Virus record (IMG/VR): IMGVR_UViG_3300029911_000024
Location: 2,820 to 66,819 of that record
Strand: one strand, 5' to 3'
Length of the DNA stretch: 64,000 nt
Source of the DNA: a virus
Part shown: in pieces, positions 18,390-27,599 of the stretch
Position numbering within the stretch: the stretch's first letter is position 1
Layout of the letters: every line of letters begins with the position of its first letter
The notes under the pieces: model-generated
Seen by the model: only the letters and a program-made list of their open reading frames with translations
What the model was told of the DNA's origin: nothing
Databases searched by the model: none
Program-made: the position numbers and the translations under genes

Positions 18390-20654
18390 TTAATTGTCCA
18401 TCCCTCCAGGCGTGAACCCGCGCTTGATGCTCTGGTCGAGGGCCTGCACCGCGCTGGCCTGGATGTGCGGCATCGCTTTCATAATTTCGCCTTTGGCGAT
18501 GGCGCTGACGTCCGGGTGAACGCTGATCTGCTGGGTGATGTAATAGACATTCCCGCCACCGTTGCCGCCAGAGCCGCCCTTGCCACCTCCCGGCATCGAG
18601 CCGTGCGCCGCGTTGCCGCCAAACATATTGCCAAGGATGCCGCCGATGCGGCCGCCAACACTATTGGCCGCGTGCTGTCCGCCCAGCGTGTTGAAAAGGT
18701 TTCCCGCGCTTCCGAAGGTCGGCAGCTTGCCTTTTGTTCCTGTGACCTGACCCGTCATTGCGTTTTCAAGAGGATTGAGGATCGCCAGCTTCTCGATCAT
18801 TTTCAGCATGGACTGGGTCAGGTCCGGCAGCAGAGTTTTGAGTCCCTTCGCGCCCTGGTTGGCGTGATCGAAAATCGAGCCCAGCATGTCGGTGTATTCG
18901 CGGCCGACGCTCAACTCTCTCTGCTGCTCGTCGCCGATGTCACGCTTGTTCTTGGCTAGTTCGGCCGCCTGGGCGGCATTGGCCATGGCCTGCTGGTATT
19001 CACGGCTGCCAACCTTTATGCCCTTTTCTTTCAACTCCAGCTCCGCTCGCAGCAGGGCGACGCGCTTCTCCCTGATGCTTTCGTCAGTTTTCAGCAGGGA
19101 GACCTCCAGCGCCAGAACGGCATTGGAGTCGGATGCCTTCATGTTTTCTTTGATCTGCGCTTCGGTGCGCTCGGCATCGGCGGATTTCAGCAGCGCATCC
19201 CGATAGGCGTTCACATTGTTGATTGCGCCCTTGCGAGATTCAGCTTCAGCCTTGACCTGCGCCGTCATTTCCATACCCGCTTGCGTGCTGGTGCGGTAGG
19301 CGTTGGCGATGGCTTCCTGCCCGGCGGCCTCTTTCTGGACGTTGGTTAGCGCGTCGGAACGCTCTCGCCTCTCTTTGACCCACTCATAATTGATGGTCGC
19401 ATCGCGGATAGCCCCTGCGCGCGACGCCATGCCCGGCTCGGTGCTGTTGCTGTTGATGGTGTACTGGCGATTGGCTTCAAGTCGGACGCGCATCATTTCG
19501 CGGTCGCGCGGACCGGCACTGTTCACCCGCGCCTCGTCGCGCAGTTTTTGAAGCTCCATGGCGGCAGGCGAACGGGCATCGGCAGCATTGTCGTCATCTG
19601 TCTTTTTCTTTGCGGCAGCCTGCTCGCGCTTATTTGCGTCCATCATCTGCCAGTGCAGATCACCAGCACGATGCCATGCTGAATTTACATCGCCTTGCGA
19701 GACAGCCCATGCGCCACGATTATGCCGCTCCTGCAAGCTCTGGGCTTGCATACGGGCGTCAAGGTACTGTTGCGCTGGAGTCTTTGGCTTTCCGACAATC
19801 GCCGCGCTAGTGTTGAACCACATGCCAGACATGAAGGTGCTGAATTTGTCGAAAGCTTTTGACAGCGACCACATGCTGTCCTCTACCGTCTTTCCGCGAT
19901 CAGCAATGGCCTTGAAAATTGCCATCTCCTGGGCAGCGCGGTCCTTCATGCCCTTGATGTCGTGAAGCTGGGCATCGGTCAGAAGGTTGAAATTGTCGTG
20001 CAAATCCTGCGCTGCCTTCGCAGGGTTTTTCATCATTCCCTCAAGGTCGGTCGCCGCTTTGTCGAGCGTGCCGCCCTGTATTGACTGCATGCCATAAGCG
20101 GCTTGGGTAAAGCCTCCCATGTTCTTGCCAGGGATGCGGCCATGACCGAGGCCAATGGCTTCGACATCAAGCGCGCCGCGTTGGCTGATGTTTCCATTTG
20201 TCCGCGCAAGATCGGAGGCGAGATTGAACATCTGCCCCTTATTTACGCCAGCCGCGTTTCCGCTTGCCGCGATGGCGCGACCGACCCGGTCGATGGCCAT
20301 TTCAGCCTGATAGGCGCTCACGGCCATGGCGGCGAACGGGGCGACAATCGCTCCACCCATCAGGATGCCCTGGCTGGTCAGCCCGGACATATGGGTGCCG
20401 ATCAGCAGCAGCGTGGACGGCAGCCGGGCGAGATCGCCGGTCATGGCTTCGCGGCCGAAATACAGCAGTTCGCGGCGGTTGATCTCAATTCCTCGGTGCA
20501 GTTCTTCCGCGCCGGAGGCTGCTTTCTTGAAGTGGCCCGAGATATTTTCGCCAGCCGTCTTGGAGACGCCGTCGAGTTGCTTGGCCTTCTCCATCGCGGG
20601 GCCAAGGTCGTAATCGACGGTGTAGTACAGCCGGTCGAGTTCTGTGCCAGCCAT
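18390..20654 (-). CDS. Tail tape measure protein
   Basis: 754 aa, helical and Ala-rich, lambda-type N-terminal region; after the chaperone pair. Confidence 0.85.
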   Translation of the reverse strand: MAGTELDRLYYTVDYDLGPAMEKAKQLDGVSKTAGENISGHFKKAASGAEELHRGIEINRRELLYFGREAMTGDLARLPSTLLLIGTHMSGLTSQGILMGGAIVAPFAAMAVSAYQAEMAIDRVGRAIAASGNAAGVNKGQMFNLASDLARTNGNISQRGALDVEAIGLGHGRIPGKNMGGFTQAAYGMQSIQGGTLDKAATDLEGMMKNPAKAAQDLHDNFNLLTDAQLHDIKGMKDRAAQEMAIFKAIADRGKTVEDSMWSLSKAFDKFSTFMSGMWFNTSAAIVGKPKTPAQQYLDARMQAQSLQERHNRGAWAVSQGDVNSAWHRAGDLHWQMMDANKREQAAAKKKTDDDNAADARSPAAMELQKLRDEARVNSAGPRDREMMRVRLEANRQYTINSNSTEPGMASRAGAIRDATINYEWVKERRERSDALTNVQKEAAGQEAIANAYRTSTQAGMEMTAQVKAEAESRKGAINNVNAYRDALLKSADAERTEAQIKENMKASDSNAVLALEVSLLKTDESIREKRVALLRAELELKEKGIKVGSREYQQAMANAAQAAELAKNKRDIGDEQQRELSVGREYTDMLGSIFDHANQGAKGLKTLLPDLTQSMLKMIEKLAILNPLENAMTGQVTGTKGKLPTFGSAGNLFNTLGGQHAANSVGGRIGGILGNMFGGNAAHGSMPGGGKGGSGGNGGGNVYYITQQISVHPDVSAIAKGEIMKAMPHIQASAVQALDQSIKRGFTPGGMDN

Positions 20655-20908
20655 TATTTGTCACCCGGCTTTTTGTCGGGAAAGCGCTGCTTCATTCGCT
20701 CGATGTCGCGCACGTCATCCTCGGTCCATTGATAAACGTCGTCCAACGCGCCCTTTTCCCGCATGTGCCCGATGAAGGCACATGACACCTCGTAAAAGGT
20801 CGACTTCCAGAACACCTCCGGCGGCCAATGCAAAACACCGAGCGCGAAGGTGGCCCATTTTTCGACGTCTAATCCTGTTGGTTTTGCGTTTCCGCCAGAG
20901 GAGGGTTT
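20654..20908 (-). CDS. Tail assembly chaperone, -1 frameshift extension (gpGT-like)
   Basis: ALGVLHWPPEVFWKSTFYEV motif, no own RBS/start, entered via slippery A-AAC-CCT at 20908-20902. Confidence 0.7.
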   Translation of the reverse strand, partial: KPSSGGNAKPTGLDVEKWATFALGVLHWPPEVFWKSTFYEVSCAFIGHMREKGALDDVYQWTEDDVRDIERMKQRFPDKKPGDK

Positions 20909-21294
20909 TCGACGCCGCGCTTGGCCGCCTCCGCATCTTCGATTTCTTTCATGGCCATGCGGACATGCTCGGCGTTGCCGCGCAGTGCGCGCGAGCACAG
21001 CATCCCGAGGGAATGCCAGAACGGCGTGCAGCCTTCCTCCATCAGCCGCTCGCCGACCAGTGCGGGCGTGATCTTGTCGCCCATCACAGGCCGCAACGCC
21101 TGATACAGAACGGTTCCGGTCTCGGTGAGGGATGCGTAGTTGGCTGGCTCGACGGCGAAGAATTTCCAGGCCAAGGCGCTGCATGCCTGCCCGGTCGCGC
21201 TTTCGATGGCCGACACGACCTCAAAGGTCGGTCGCACGGCATAGACTTTGCCGTCGAAGGTGATGTCGATTTCTTGGCGGGCCGCATTAGCCAT
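20869..21294 (-). CDS. Tail assembly chaperone (gpG/GTA-like)
   Basis: MANAARQEIDITFDG..Y.VRPTFE; between tail tube and tape measure; GAGGAGG RBS. Confidence 0.8.
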   Translation of the reverse strand: MANAARQEIDITFDGKVYAVRPTFEVVSAIESATGQACSALAWKFFAVEPANYASLTETGTVLYQALRPVMGDKITPALVGERLMEEGCTPFWHSLGMLCSRALRGNAEHVRMAMKEIEDAEAAKRGVENPPLAETQNQQD

Positions 21295-21325
21295 GCGTGG
21301 CCTCCTCTATGGTGGTGGGTTTGGT

Positions 21326-21748
21326 TTATCCCCCGGCGTTGAACACGATGGTGCCGGAGGAGGCGATGCTGAAATCATAGCTTTCAGCGCCGTCATAGTT
21401 GCCGGTGCGCTTCAGGGTGACGATCACCCAGTTGCCGGTATAGGTGTCACCGTTGTCGAAAATGATCTGGGCGTTGAACGCGCTCTGCGGCACATTTGAC
21501 GCCAGGATAAGCTGGTTGAGGTTGGTGCTGTCATCGAAAAGACCCTGCGCCGTCACATCGTACTTGGTGACGCCCGCGCTCGGCAGCATGGTCTGGAAGC
21601 CGCCGCTATCCTTGTTGGTCACATCGACAGGGCCCGCGCTGACGCTGAGTTCGACATTCCGCAGGCCGCCGACGGTGGAATAGGTCTCGGGGCTCGACTG
21701 GCTGCCATACTTGAGCAGGGCCGTGCGGCCTTTACGATATGTCGGCAT
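21326..21748 (-). CDS. Major tail tube protein
   Basis: KGR..LLK, TVGGLR, VDVTNKDSGG...L..AG, G.W.I..L...GNYDG. Confidence 0.9.
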   Translation of the reverse strand: MPTYRKGRTALLKYGSQSSPETYSTVGGLRNVELSVSAGPVDVTNKDSGGFQTMLPSAGVTKYDVTAQGLFDDSTNLNQLILASNVPQSAFNAQIIFDNGDTYTGNWVIVTLKRTGNYDGAESYDFSIASSGTIVFNAGG

Positions 21749-21809
21749 GAAAACCCCCTTGGCCAAAGCCCCAGAAGGCAAAACTCTTGCCTGAGACAGG
21801 TCGCCGCGT

Positions 21810-22424
21810 CTAGGCGGACAAGGCGTCCGCTGGCGTGCAGCGCGGCCAAATTGTCAGGGCGCTGTTCGGCGAGCCATTGATGACCTCGACATCTTTTGCC
21901 GCCAAGATAGGTGCGAGCGTGGAAAACGAGGCTTTCCAGCGTTCCATCGTCTCGGCTGGGATCGGCAACGTGTCATAGCCGCTGTGGAAGTTTCTGCCCG
22001 CCCGCGTGCCGTCATGGGTTAAATCCACCCCCAGCAGCACAATCTTTTTCGCCCCCAAATGCACGGCTAGGTGAGTCGCGGCATAGGCGCTATTCCAGCC
22101 GTGGCGCAAGTGTTCTGGATGCTCGTCGAAGCCGTCAGGGCCGGTGAATAGGTATTGCGTCACGCCCGGCGGAAGCTCATGCCGGTGGTATTCGATATTG
22201 CCGGTTGCCTTGTATGGCGCAGCGTGGGCTTGCAGCGTCATGTAGGCCCGCCGCCAGTAGCGCGCGTCCGTCCACCACAGCACATCGGCATACGGCAGAT
22301 ATTCGTGGGCGCGGTTGATGGCGATGACGCGGCGGTCGCGCAGCAGGTCGAAATCGAAGCTCTTGAGGCTCGCTCCCCCCGCACAAATTATGGCCGTCTC
22401 GCCCTCGAAGATGCGCGGGATCAC
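21810..22424 (-). CDS. Glycosyltransferase-like protein (DUF115/MAF-sialyltransferase-like Rossmann fold)
   Basis: AIICAGGASL, VIAIN, WWTD, NSAYAA.HLA.HLGAKKIVLLGVD, VINGSP.S.L. Confidence 0.7.
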   Translation of the reverse strand: MIPRIFEGETAIICAGGASLKSFDFDLLRDRRVIAINRAHEYLPYADVLWWTDARYWRRAYMTLQAHAAPYKATGNIEYHRHELPPGVTQYLFTGPDGFDEHPEHLRHGWNSAYAATHLAVHLGAKKIVLLGVDLTHDGTRAGRNFHSGYDTLPIPAETMERWKASFSTLAPILAAKDVEVINGSPNSALTIWPRCTPADALSA

Positions 22425-22825
22425 GCTGGGGACTTCATCAGCTTGTAATTGCGCGCCAAGGATGGACGCCGGTTCTCATCCTGGCCAAGCGGCATCGCGG
22501 CCGACTGCTGGGCATAGCAATAGACATAATCGGTGCCGAACTGGGACTGGGCGTTGCCAGCATGCAGGAAGGTAAAAATGGCCTGCTCTTTCTGCTGGAC
22601 CACATTGAAATCGTTGGGTGCGCCGCGCACCCGCACCTGCACGCGCGGATAGCCGACCGGGATCGCAGTCTCTGGCGGCGGGCCGCCAGCAAAATAGACG
22701 CAGATCGACCTGTCTGGCGTTTCCTGCAAATAGCCGACGCGGACCATCCAGTCCTGGGTTTCGTCAGTGTCTTGGCCGAGATCAGCCGTCACCAGCGCCG
22801 CCGCGATGTCGTCGAGCACGCTCAT
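22421..22825 (-). CDS. Tail terminator/neck protein
   Basis: PRVQVRVRG, LGQDENRRP; position before tail tube. Confidence 0.75.
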   Translation of the reverse strand: MSVLDDIAAALVTADLGQDTDETQDWMVRVGYLQETPDRSICVYFAGGPPPETAIPVGYPRVQVRVRGAPNDFNVVQQKEQAIFTFLHAGNAQSQFGTDYVYCYAQQSAAMPLGQDENRRPSLARNYKLMKSPA

Positions 22826-23274
22826 TCGACTTCTCCCGCGCCGCCGCTGTTGTCCTGCGTCGGTTCAACCGCCGGGGTTTTGACGCGCGCGGCGATCTTC
22901 GCCCCAAAGTTCTGGGTGTGCTCGTCGAAGGGCTGCTCAAGATATTTGGCTTGGCCGACCTTGTGATGCGCCTCCAAATTTTCATGGACCGCCAGCGCGT
23001 AGGCCGAGGTCGGCTCCAGCGTTTTGGGATTGATCTTGGTCGCCACGCCGCCATACCCGACCTCGTCGGTGATGTGACCGTCCTCGATCACCGGCTCGGC
23101 GACATAGCCCGAGCCGCGCAGCGCGCCGGTATCCACCGGCACCAGCGGCAGGCTATCCTTGAGCACGTCCTGCAATTCCTCATAGGTGGCCTTGGCGATG
23201 GCGGGCGTGGCGACGCCCAGGATATAATCCGTCAAGGTCGCACTCATGGTCTTGCCACTGGCAGATCGCATCAT
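22822..23274 (-). CDS. HK97 gp10-like tail completion/neck protein
   Basis: VPVDTGALRGS, YALAVHE, GQAKYLEQP. Confidence 0.8.
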   Translation of the reverse strand: MMRSASGKTMSATLTDYILGVATPAIAKATYEELQDVLKDSLPLVPVDTGALRGSGYVAEPVIEDGHITDEVGYGGVATKINPKTLEPTSAYALAVHENLEAHHKVGQAKYLEQPFDEHTQNFGAKIAARVKTPAVEPTQDNSGGAGEVE

Positions 23275-23603
23275 CCGAAATCGACCCTGGTAAACTGCTG
23301 TTCGCCGGTCTCGTCCTCGGCACCGTTGACGGCCAGGATCGGCGGGGTGGTGCCGTCTGGTAGCGTGACGCGAGAGGTGGGCGGGAACGGTGTCTGGCAA
23401 TTCAGCCATATCCGCCCCTTGGTGGCGATCAACTCGCCTTGCGGCCCGCGAATGTACCCGGCCTTGTTTGAAACGTGCGCCTTATATGGCACGTCGGTGC
23501 CGTAGGTTGCGGCTCCGTATTGGTCACTGTTGAGGCGTGGCGCGACCTTCACGACGCTGGGCATCATGTCTGCAAAGTCAGCGATGAAGCTGTCGGCCGT
23601 CAC
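23271..23603 (-). CDS. Head closure (stopper) protein
   Basis: 110 aa, beta-rich, DQYG...RVTLPDG; position in the neck module. Confidence 0.7.
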   Translation of the reverse strand: MTADSFIADFADMMPSVVKVAPRLNSDQYGAATYGTDVPYKAHVSNKAGYIRGPQGELIATKGRIWLNCQTPFPPTSRVTLPDGTTPPILAVNGAEDETGEQQFTRVDFG

Positions 23604-24409
23604 GCGCTGTCCTCCGGCACATTATTGTTCTGGAAGCCGCCATAGCTGCCGCCGCGATTGTCGAATTTCTTGAGCGTGGTGAACGCGCCGATGGCGTCGC
23701 TGTTGAAGCGCGGAGAATAGGCGTTGCGGTCTGACTTGCTGATGCCAGCGGTATACATGCCGCCGCCGTGCATGTCGGCCTGGGCCTGATAGTCGTCGGC
23801 TGCGTTGAAGAAGTTCTTGGAAATCTCGCCGTAATTGATCGACAGATCGCCCAGGCGCTTGGTGGCCTTCCCTGCATATTTCTGGCCGAGCATCCGGCAG
23901 ACCTGGGCGGCGACATAGAGCGGGCCGCCGAAAGTCGTGGCGAGACCGTTATAGACCTGATCGGAAAAATACGGGCTGTCGGTGTCTGTGTCGCCAACCA
24001 AGGCGCGGGCAAAGTCGCGCGCGGTGGTTGCTGGATCGCCCGTGCTGGTCGCCAACGGCTTTGGCGAAACCGTCATCTGGCCGGTGGCTACCGTCGAAAC
24101 AGCGCCGGTCATGTCGGTGATCGAGAGTGTATAATAATACCCCTCGGACATACTGGCCGTGTCGGCGGCAACAAAGGTGCATTGCATCTGGCCGGTCGAG
24201 CCGCTGCCGACAATCGAGAGACCGGTTGTCAGTGTCTTGGTCAGCGCAACAGGCGTGCCAGTGTCGAGATTCTGCTGCACCACCAGCGAGGCAGCCGTGA
24301 CATTGCCGCTGCCAATAGGAATCGGATTGTCGTTCCCATCGGTGATCGTCCACACGACGATTCCGGCGTTCCCCTGGACAATCGAGAAATCCTGATTTGC
24401 GACGGTCAT
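23600..24409 (-). CDS. Head-tail adaptor fused to an N-terminal BppU/Ig-like domain
   Basis: N-half QG...WTITD..DT......YYY.L.I beta sandwich; C-half R.LVGDTD....FSD...AA..C...KRLGDLSINY adaptor. Confidence 0.65.
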   Translation of the reverse strand: MTVANQDFSIVQGNAGIVVWTITDGNDNPIPIGSGNVTAASLVVQQNLDTGTPVALTKTLTTGLSIVGSGSTGQMQCTFVAADTASMSEGYYYTLSITDMTGAVSTVATGQMTVSPKPLATSTGDPATTARDFARALVGDTDTDSPYFSDQVYNGLATTFGGPLYVAAQVCRMLGQKYAGKATKRLGDLSINYGEISKNFFNAADDYQAQADMHGGGMYTAGISKSDRNAYSPRFNSDAIGAFTTLKKFDNRGGSYGGFQNNNVPEDSA

Positions 24410-26109
24410 GTTTTGACACTCCCCACCAGCAGCACCTCGACCTTAGACCCTTGAAGTTCGGTCGTCTGCTTGGTGCCCTCAAGCTGTACCGTGACTTTGC
24501 TTCCCTGCAAAGCCTGCTGTCCGATCAGCGCATAGCCGTAAAAGGCGATGGGGATGCCGCTGTCATCGTGGACCTGCATGGTGATCTCGATGCGCGCGGG
24601 CGCGTCGGTCAGGATGGTTCCGGTTCGGTCGATCCGGCTGGGCAGGTCGACCAGCAGCGCGCCGCGCCATTCCACCCGGTTTTTGGAATCGACGCGCACG
24701 GGCGTCAGCCGCTCCACCACGGCCGCCACCGCGCTGGCGATCCCAGACATCAGCGCCGCCGGGATCGGCGTGCTGGCCGCCAGCGTGCCGCTGTAGGCCG
24801 CCTTGGAAGGCGTCAGGCCGGTGACGGTCGCGGTGTGCTCCAGGCTGCCCGGCGCGTCCTGTCGAATGCGAGACAGTTCCTCGACCAACGCGGCAGTGTT
24901 GCTTTGAAGCCACGCCCGGAACTCCACCGCCTCGGCCCGGTCAACCCGGATAAGGCTGACGTGCTCGGTTGGTATTTTCACCCCAGGCCCTCCAATGCCC
25001 AAGCCGCGCTCCAGCGGGGCCGCAGACAGCGCCAGTTCGGTGCCCAGGCGCTCGCCTACCTCCGGCGTGTCCCGGGCCATGGTGCCCTTCTGGTCGTCCC
25101 TGACTGGCGTGGCGGCGGCGATGCCACCCAGGTGCTCCAGCGGCGGGACAGCCGTGCTGCGCACGCCGAGCAGCGCCTCGACTGCTTCCAGGGTGCTCAC
25201 CACCATGGTGCCGCGAAACTCGATGGGGAATGTCGGTGTCGTGAACCGCAGGCTTCCGATGATCTGGATTGGAATCAGGGACAACGGCTTCACATCGAAG
25301 GTCTTTTCCAGCGGCACCGTCACGATGGGCTTGACGTCTGTAGTGCGCTCAACCTGGGCCGGGGTTGAGACCGGCACGCCCATGGTGTGCTCGGCGGGTT
25401 CCGGCGTGGTGCGCTGGAGCGTGCCAAGGCTCTCGATGCGGCCCGGTGTATCGGCGCGCGCGCTTCCGGCGACCTCGATCCGCGTCGCGGACAATGGCTT
25501 GACGTCGAAGGCGTGCTCGGGCGGGCTCGGCGCGTCGCGCAACTCGCTGGCCAGATGCTCGGCCGCCGATTGCTCGATCAGCGCCAAGGTAGCCGACCAT
25601 TCCGTCGGAGCCCCGAACAGGTTGATGATCTGGATCGCGATGTCGAGCGGCGCAAAGCTGTCAGCATGAACCGCATTAACGATTTCCGACCGGCTCGGCG
25701 TATCGGCCAGGAGTGGCGCAAAATCGTCGAAGTTGATCGCCCAATCGAAGAAAATATGACTGAACCACTCGGTCGGGACCGCGACAATTGGTTTGACGTC
25801 AAAGGTGTGCTCGGCAACGGTGGCGCTGAAAGACGAAACGCCATCCAAGATTTCGAGACAGGAAAATTCGAGGCGCAGACCTGCGGCCTGGGTGATCTCC
25901 ATCGGCACGAACACTGGCGGCGAGACCATAAGCGTGATCTCGTCAGGCTGCTGAGTATTGGAGTTGTCGGGGATGATCCGGCCGCCCGTACTGTCGTTAA
26001 TCAGAAAGCCGCCGAGGCCTTCCAGCCAGAAGCCGTTAGATCGCGACGTGGTGTGGGTGTAGAGCCCTTCCGCAACCGACGCGCTGTCTGCGAAAATGTT
26101 GGATGTCAT
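24406..26109 (-). CDS. Repeat-rich putative virion fibre/collar protein
   Basis: About 16-aa periodic repeats including four E(H/R/K)x(F/T)DVKP units. Confidence 0.65.
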   Translation of the reverse strand: MTSNIFADSASVAEGLYTHTTSRSNGFWLEGLGGFLINDSTGGRIIPDNSNTQQPDEITLMVSPPVFVPMEITQAAGLRLEFSCLEILDGVSSFSATVAEHTFDVKPIVAVPTEWFSHIFFDWAINFDDFAPLLADTPSRSEIVNAVHADSFAPLDIAIQIINLFGAPTEWSATLALIEQSAAEHLASELRDAPSPPEHAFDVKPLSATRIEVAGSARADTPGRIESLGTLQRTTPEPAEHTMGVPVSTPAQVERTTDVKPIVTVPLEKTFDVKPLSLIPIQIIGSLRFTTPTFPIEFRGTMVVSTLEAVEALLGVRSTAVPPLEHLGGIAAATPVRDDQKGTMARDTPEVGERLGTELALSAAPLERGLGIGGPGVKIPTEHVSLIRVDRAEAVEFRAWLQSNTAALVEELSRIRQDAPGSLEHTATVTGLTPSKAAYSGTLAASTPIPAALMSGIASAVAAVVERLTPVRVDSKNRVEWRGALLVDLPSRIDRTGTILTDAPARIEITMQVHDDSGIPIAFYGYALIGQQALQGSKVTVQLEGTKQTTELQGSKVEVLLVGSVKT

Positions 26110-26118
26110 GGCCCATCC

Positions 26119-26337
26119 TTATGGAGGCGTGAGACCAAGCGCCGTCACGGCGGCATCACTATAAGCGGCGGAAGAACTATCAGCATTGATGACCGTCGCG
26201 CCGCCATGCCAATCGAGCAAGAATTGCCGGCAGTCGGCATTGTCCATGCTCATCGGGATAAAGGCGTTATCAGAGCGCCGCACCATGACGGCTCTTGAGA
26301 TCGGGTCTGCTTGGCAGAACTGGTAGGACGCGGTCAC
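26119..26337 (-). CDS. Small fibre chaperone-like protein
   Basis: VRRSDNAFIPMSMDNAD...FL.W; follows a fibre gene. Confidence 0.6.
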   Translation of the reverse strand: MTASYQFCQADPISRAVMVRRSDNAFIPMSMDNADCRQFLLDWHGGATVINADSSSAAYSDAAVTALGLTPP

Positions 26338-26338
26338 A

Positions 26339-27571
26339 TCAAAGCTCCGCTGAAATGGTGATTGTCGCGTTGTTCAAATAGAAAATCGAACTTTGCCCAG
26401 CGGTCAGTCCGCTATAGCCCGAACCCGAAACGCGGAAAGTTGCCACAGATTCGTTGATGCCCGTATTGGTGCCAACCGTCCCGGGCACTGAAACAGTTCC
26501 GTCCAAAAAACACCCATCACCTACTGAACCGCCAGCGGGCGGCAGTGTGATGGTGGTAGCAGCCGTTCGCATTGATACGCGCAAAGGGAAATTGCAAATG
26601 GCCGCCGAGATGCCCGTCGCCTGCCCCTGACCGGCATACTCGCCGACATTGCCAATTCCGATAACCTGATAGTACCGCTGGCACCGTTGCATGGCGGTCG
26701 CAAAGTCATCAGGCACGAATGGCGTCGGAACCGATCCGCGCTCCAGCTTTACGCCACCGAGTGCCATAGTGGCACCGTTAGTGGCTACCAAATTAGTCTG
26801 GCTGGTAACGCCGAAGAAATTTCCGGACTGCCATGAACCTGCTGACGCAGCTTTCGAAGCGCCCGCACCAAAACTGATACGTAGTGTAAGTCCGGCATTT
26901 ATCCCGGTATTGATTGCGTTCGATGTGTCGCCCGGGATTGTTACCGAGACAATCTTCGGCGTGTTGGCCGTCAAAGCAAACGAGAAGGGATATGAGAAAC
27001 CGGCGCTGTTGTTATAAAGCAGGCCACTATAAGTTCCGGTGACGCTGGCCTGAACAGCAAATGAAATAGTGACTGACTGCGCTGATGCGCGCCCAAAAAC
27101 CAAATCTTGGAGATTGCCAGCCTCAATGGGCTGCTCCAGGGCGAAAAAGTCAGTCGATCCGACGGTTGTGGCTGCCAGCGACGTGACGGTTATCCCGCCC
27201 GGCATTCCAAGGGCAGCGAATGTGTTATTCGCTGTCGTGTTGAATTGTTGGACTGAAAACTTTGAAGCCTGAGACATTCGCGCCGCCCAGCGGTCGACGG
27301 TATAGGTTCCGTCTGATGCTGGAGTTAGGCTCGCGCCAGCATTGCGCTGGTCAATCCGCATATCGCCGTTGATGATCTTGTTATTTTGCGAAAGCCCGAG
27401 CGACGCGAGAAAATCCCGAACGAACATATTCTCGGGCGCATAGGTGTTGTTGTTTGGGTTCGCGGCGTCTGTGCCAGACACCAGCTTTGCCAGCAGCAGC
27501 AGGTCGAGCGCTCCCGGCGTCCCGGTGAGGGATGTGGTGTTGGTGAGCGCCTTGATGGTGCTGTCGGACAT
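26339..27571 (-). CDS. Fibre/receptor-binding protein with carbohydrate-binding-like domain
   Basis: NKIINGDMRIDQR...DRW...VKLERGSVPTPF...RCQRYY. Confidence 0.8.
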   Translation of the reverse strand: MSDSTIKALTNTTSLTGTPGALDLLLLAKLVSGTDAANPNNNTYAPENMFVRDFLASLGLSQNNKIINGDMRIDQRNAGASLTPASDGTYTVDRWAARMSQASKFSVQQFNTTANNTFAALGMPGGITVTSLAATTVGSTDFFALEQPIEAGNLQDLVFGRASAQSVTISFAVQASVTGTYSGLLYNNSAGFSYPFSFALTANTPKIVSVTIPGDTSNAINTGINAGLTLRISFGAGASKAASAGSWQSGNFFGVTSQTNLVATNGATMALGGVKLERGSVPTPFVPDDFATAMQRCQRYYQVIGIGNVGEYAGQGQATGISAAICNFPLRVSMRTAATTITLPPAGGSVGDGCFLDGTVSVPGTVGTNTGINESVATFRVSGSGYSGLTAGQSSIFYLNNATITISAEL

Positions 27572-27599
27572 CAAATTCCCCTAGCCGGGGGCCCGGCCC

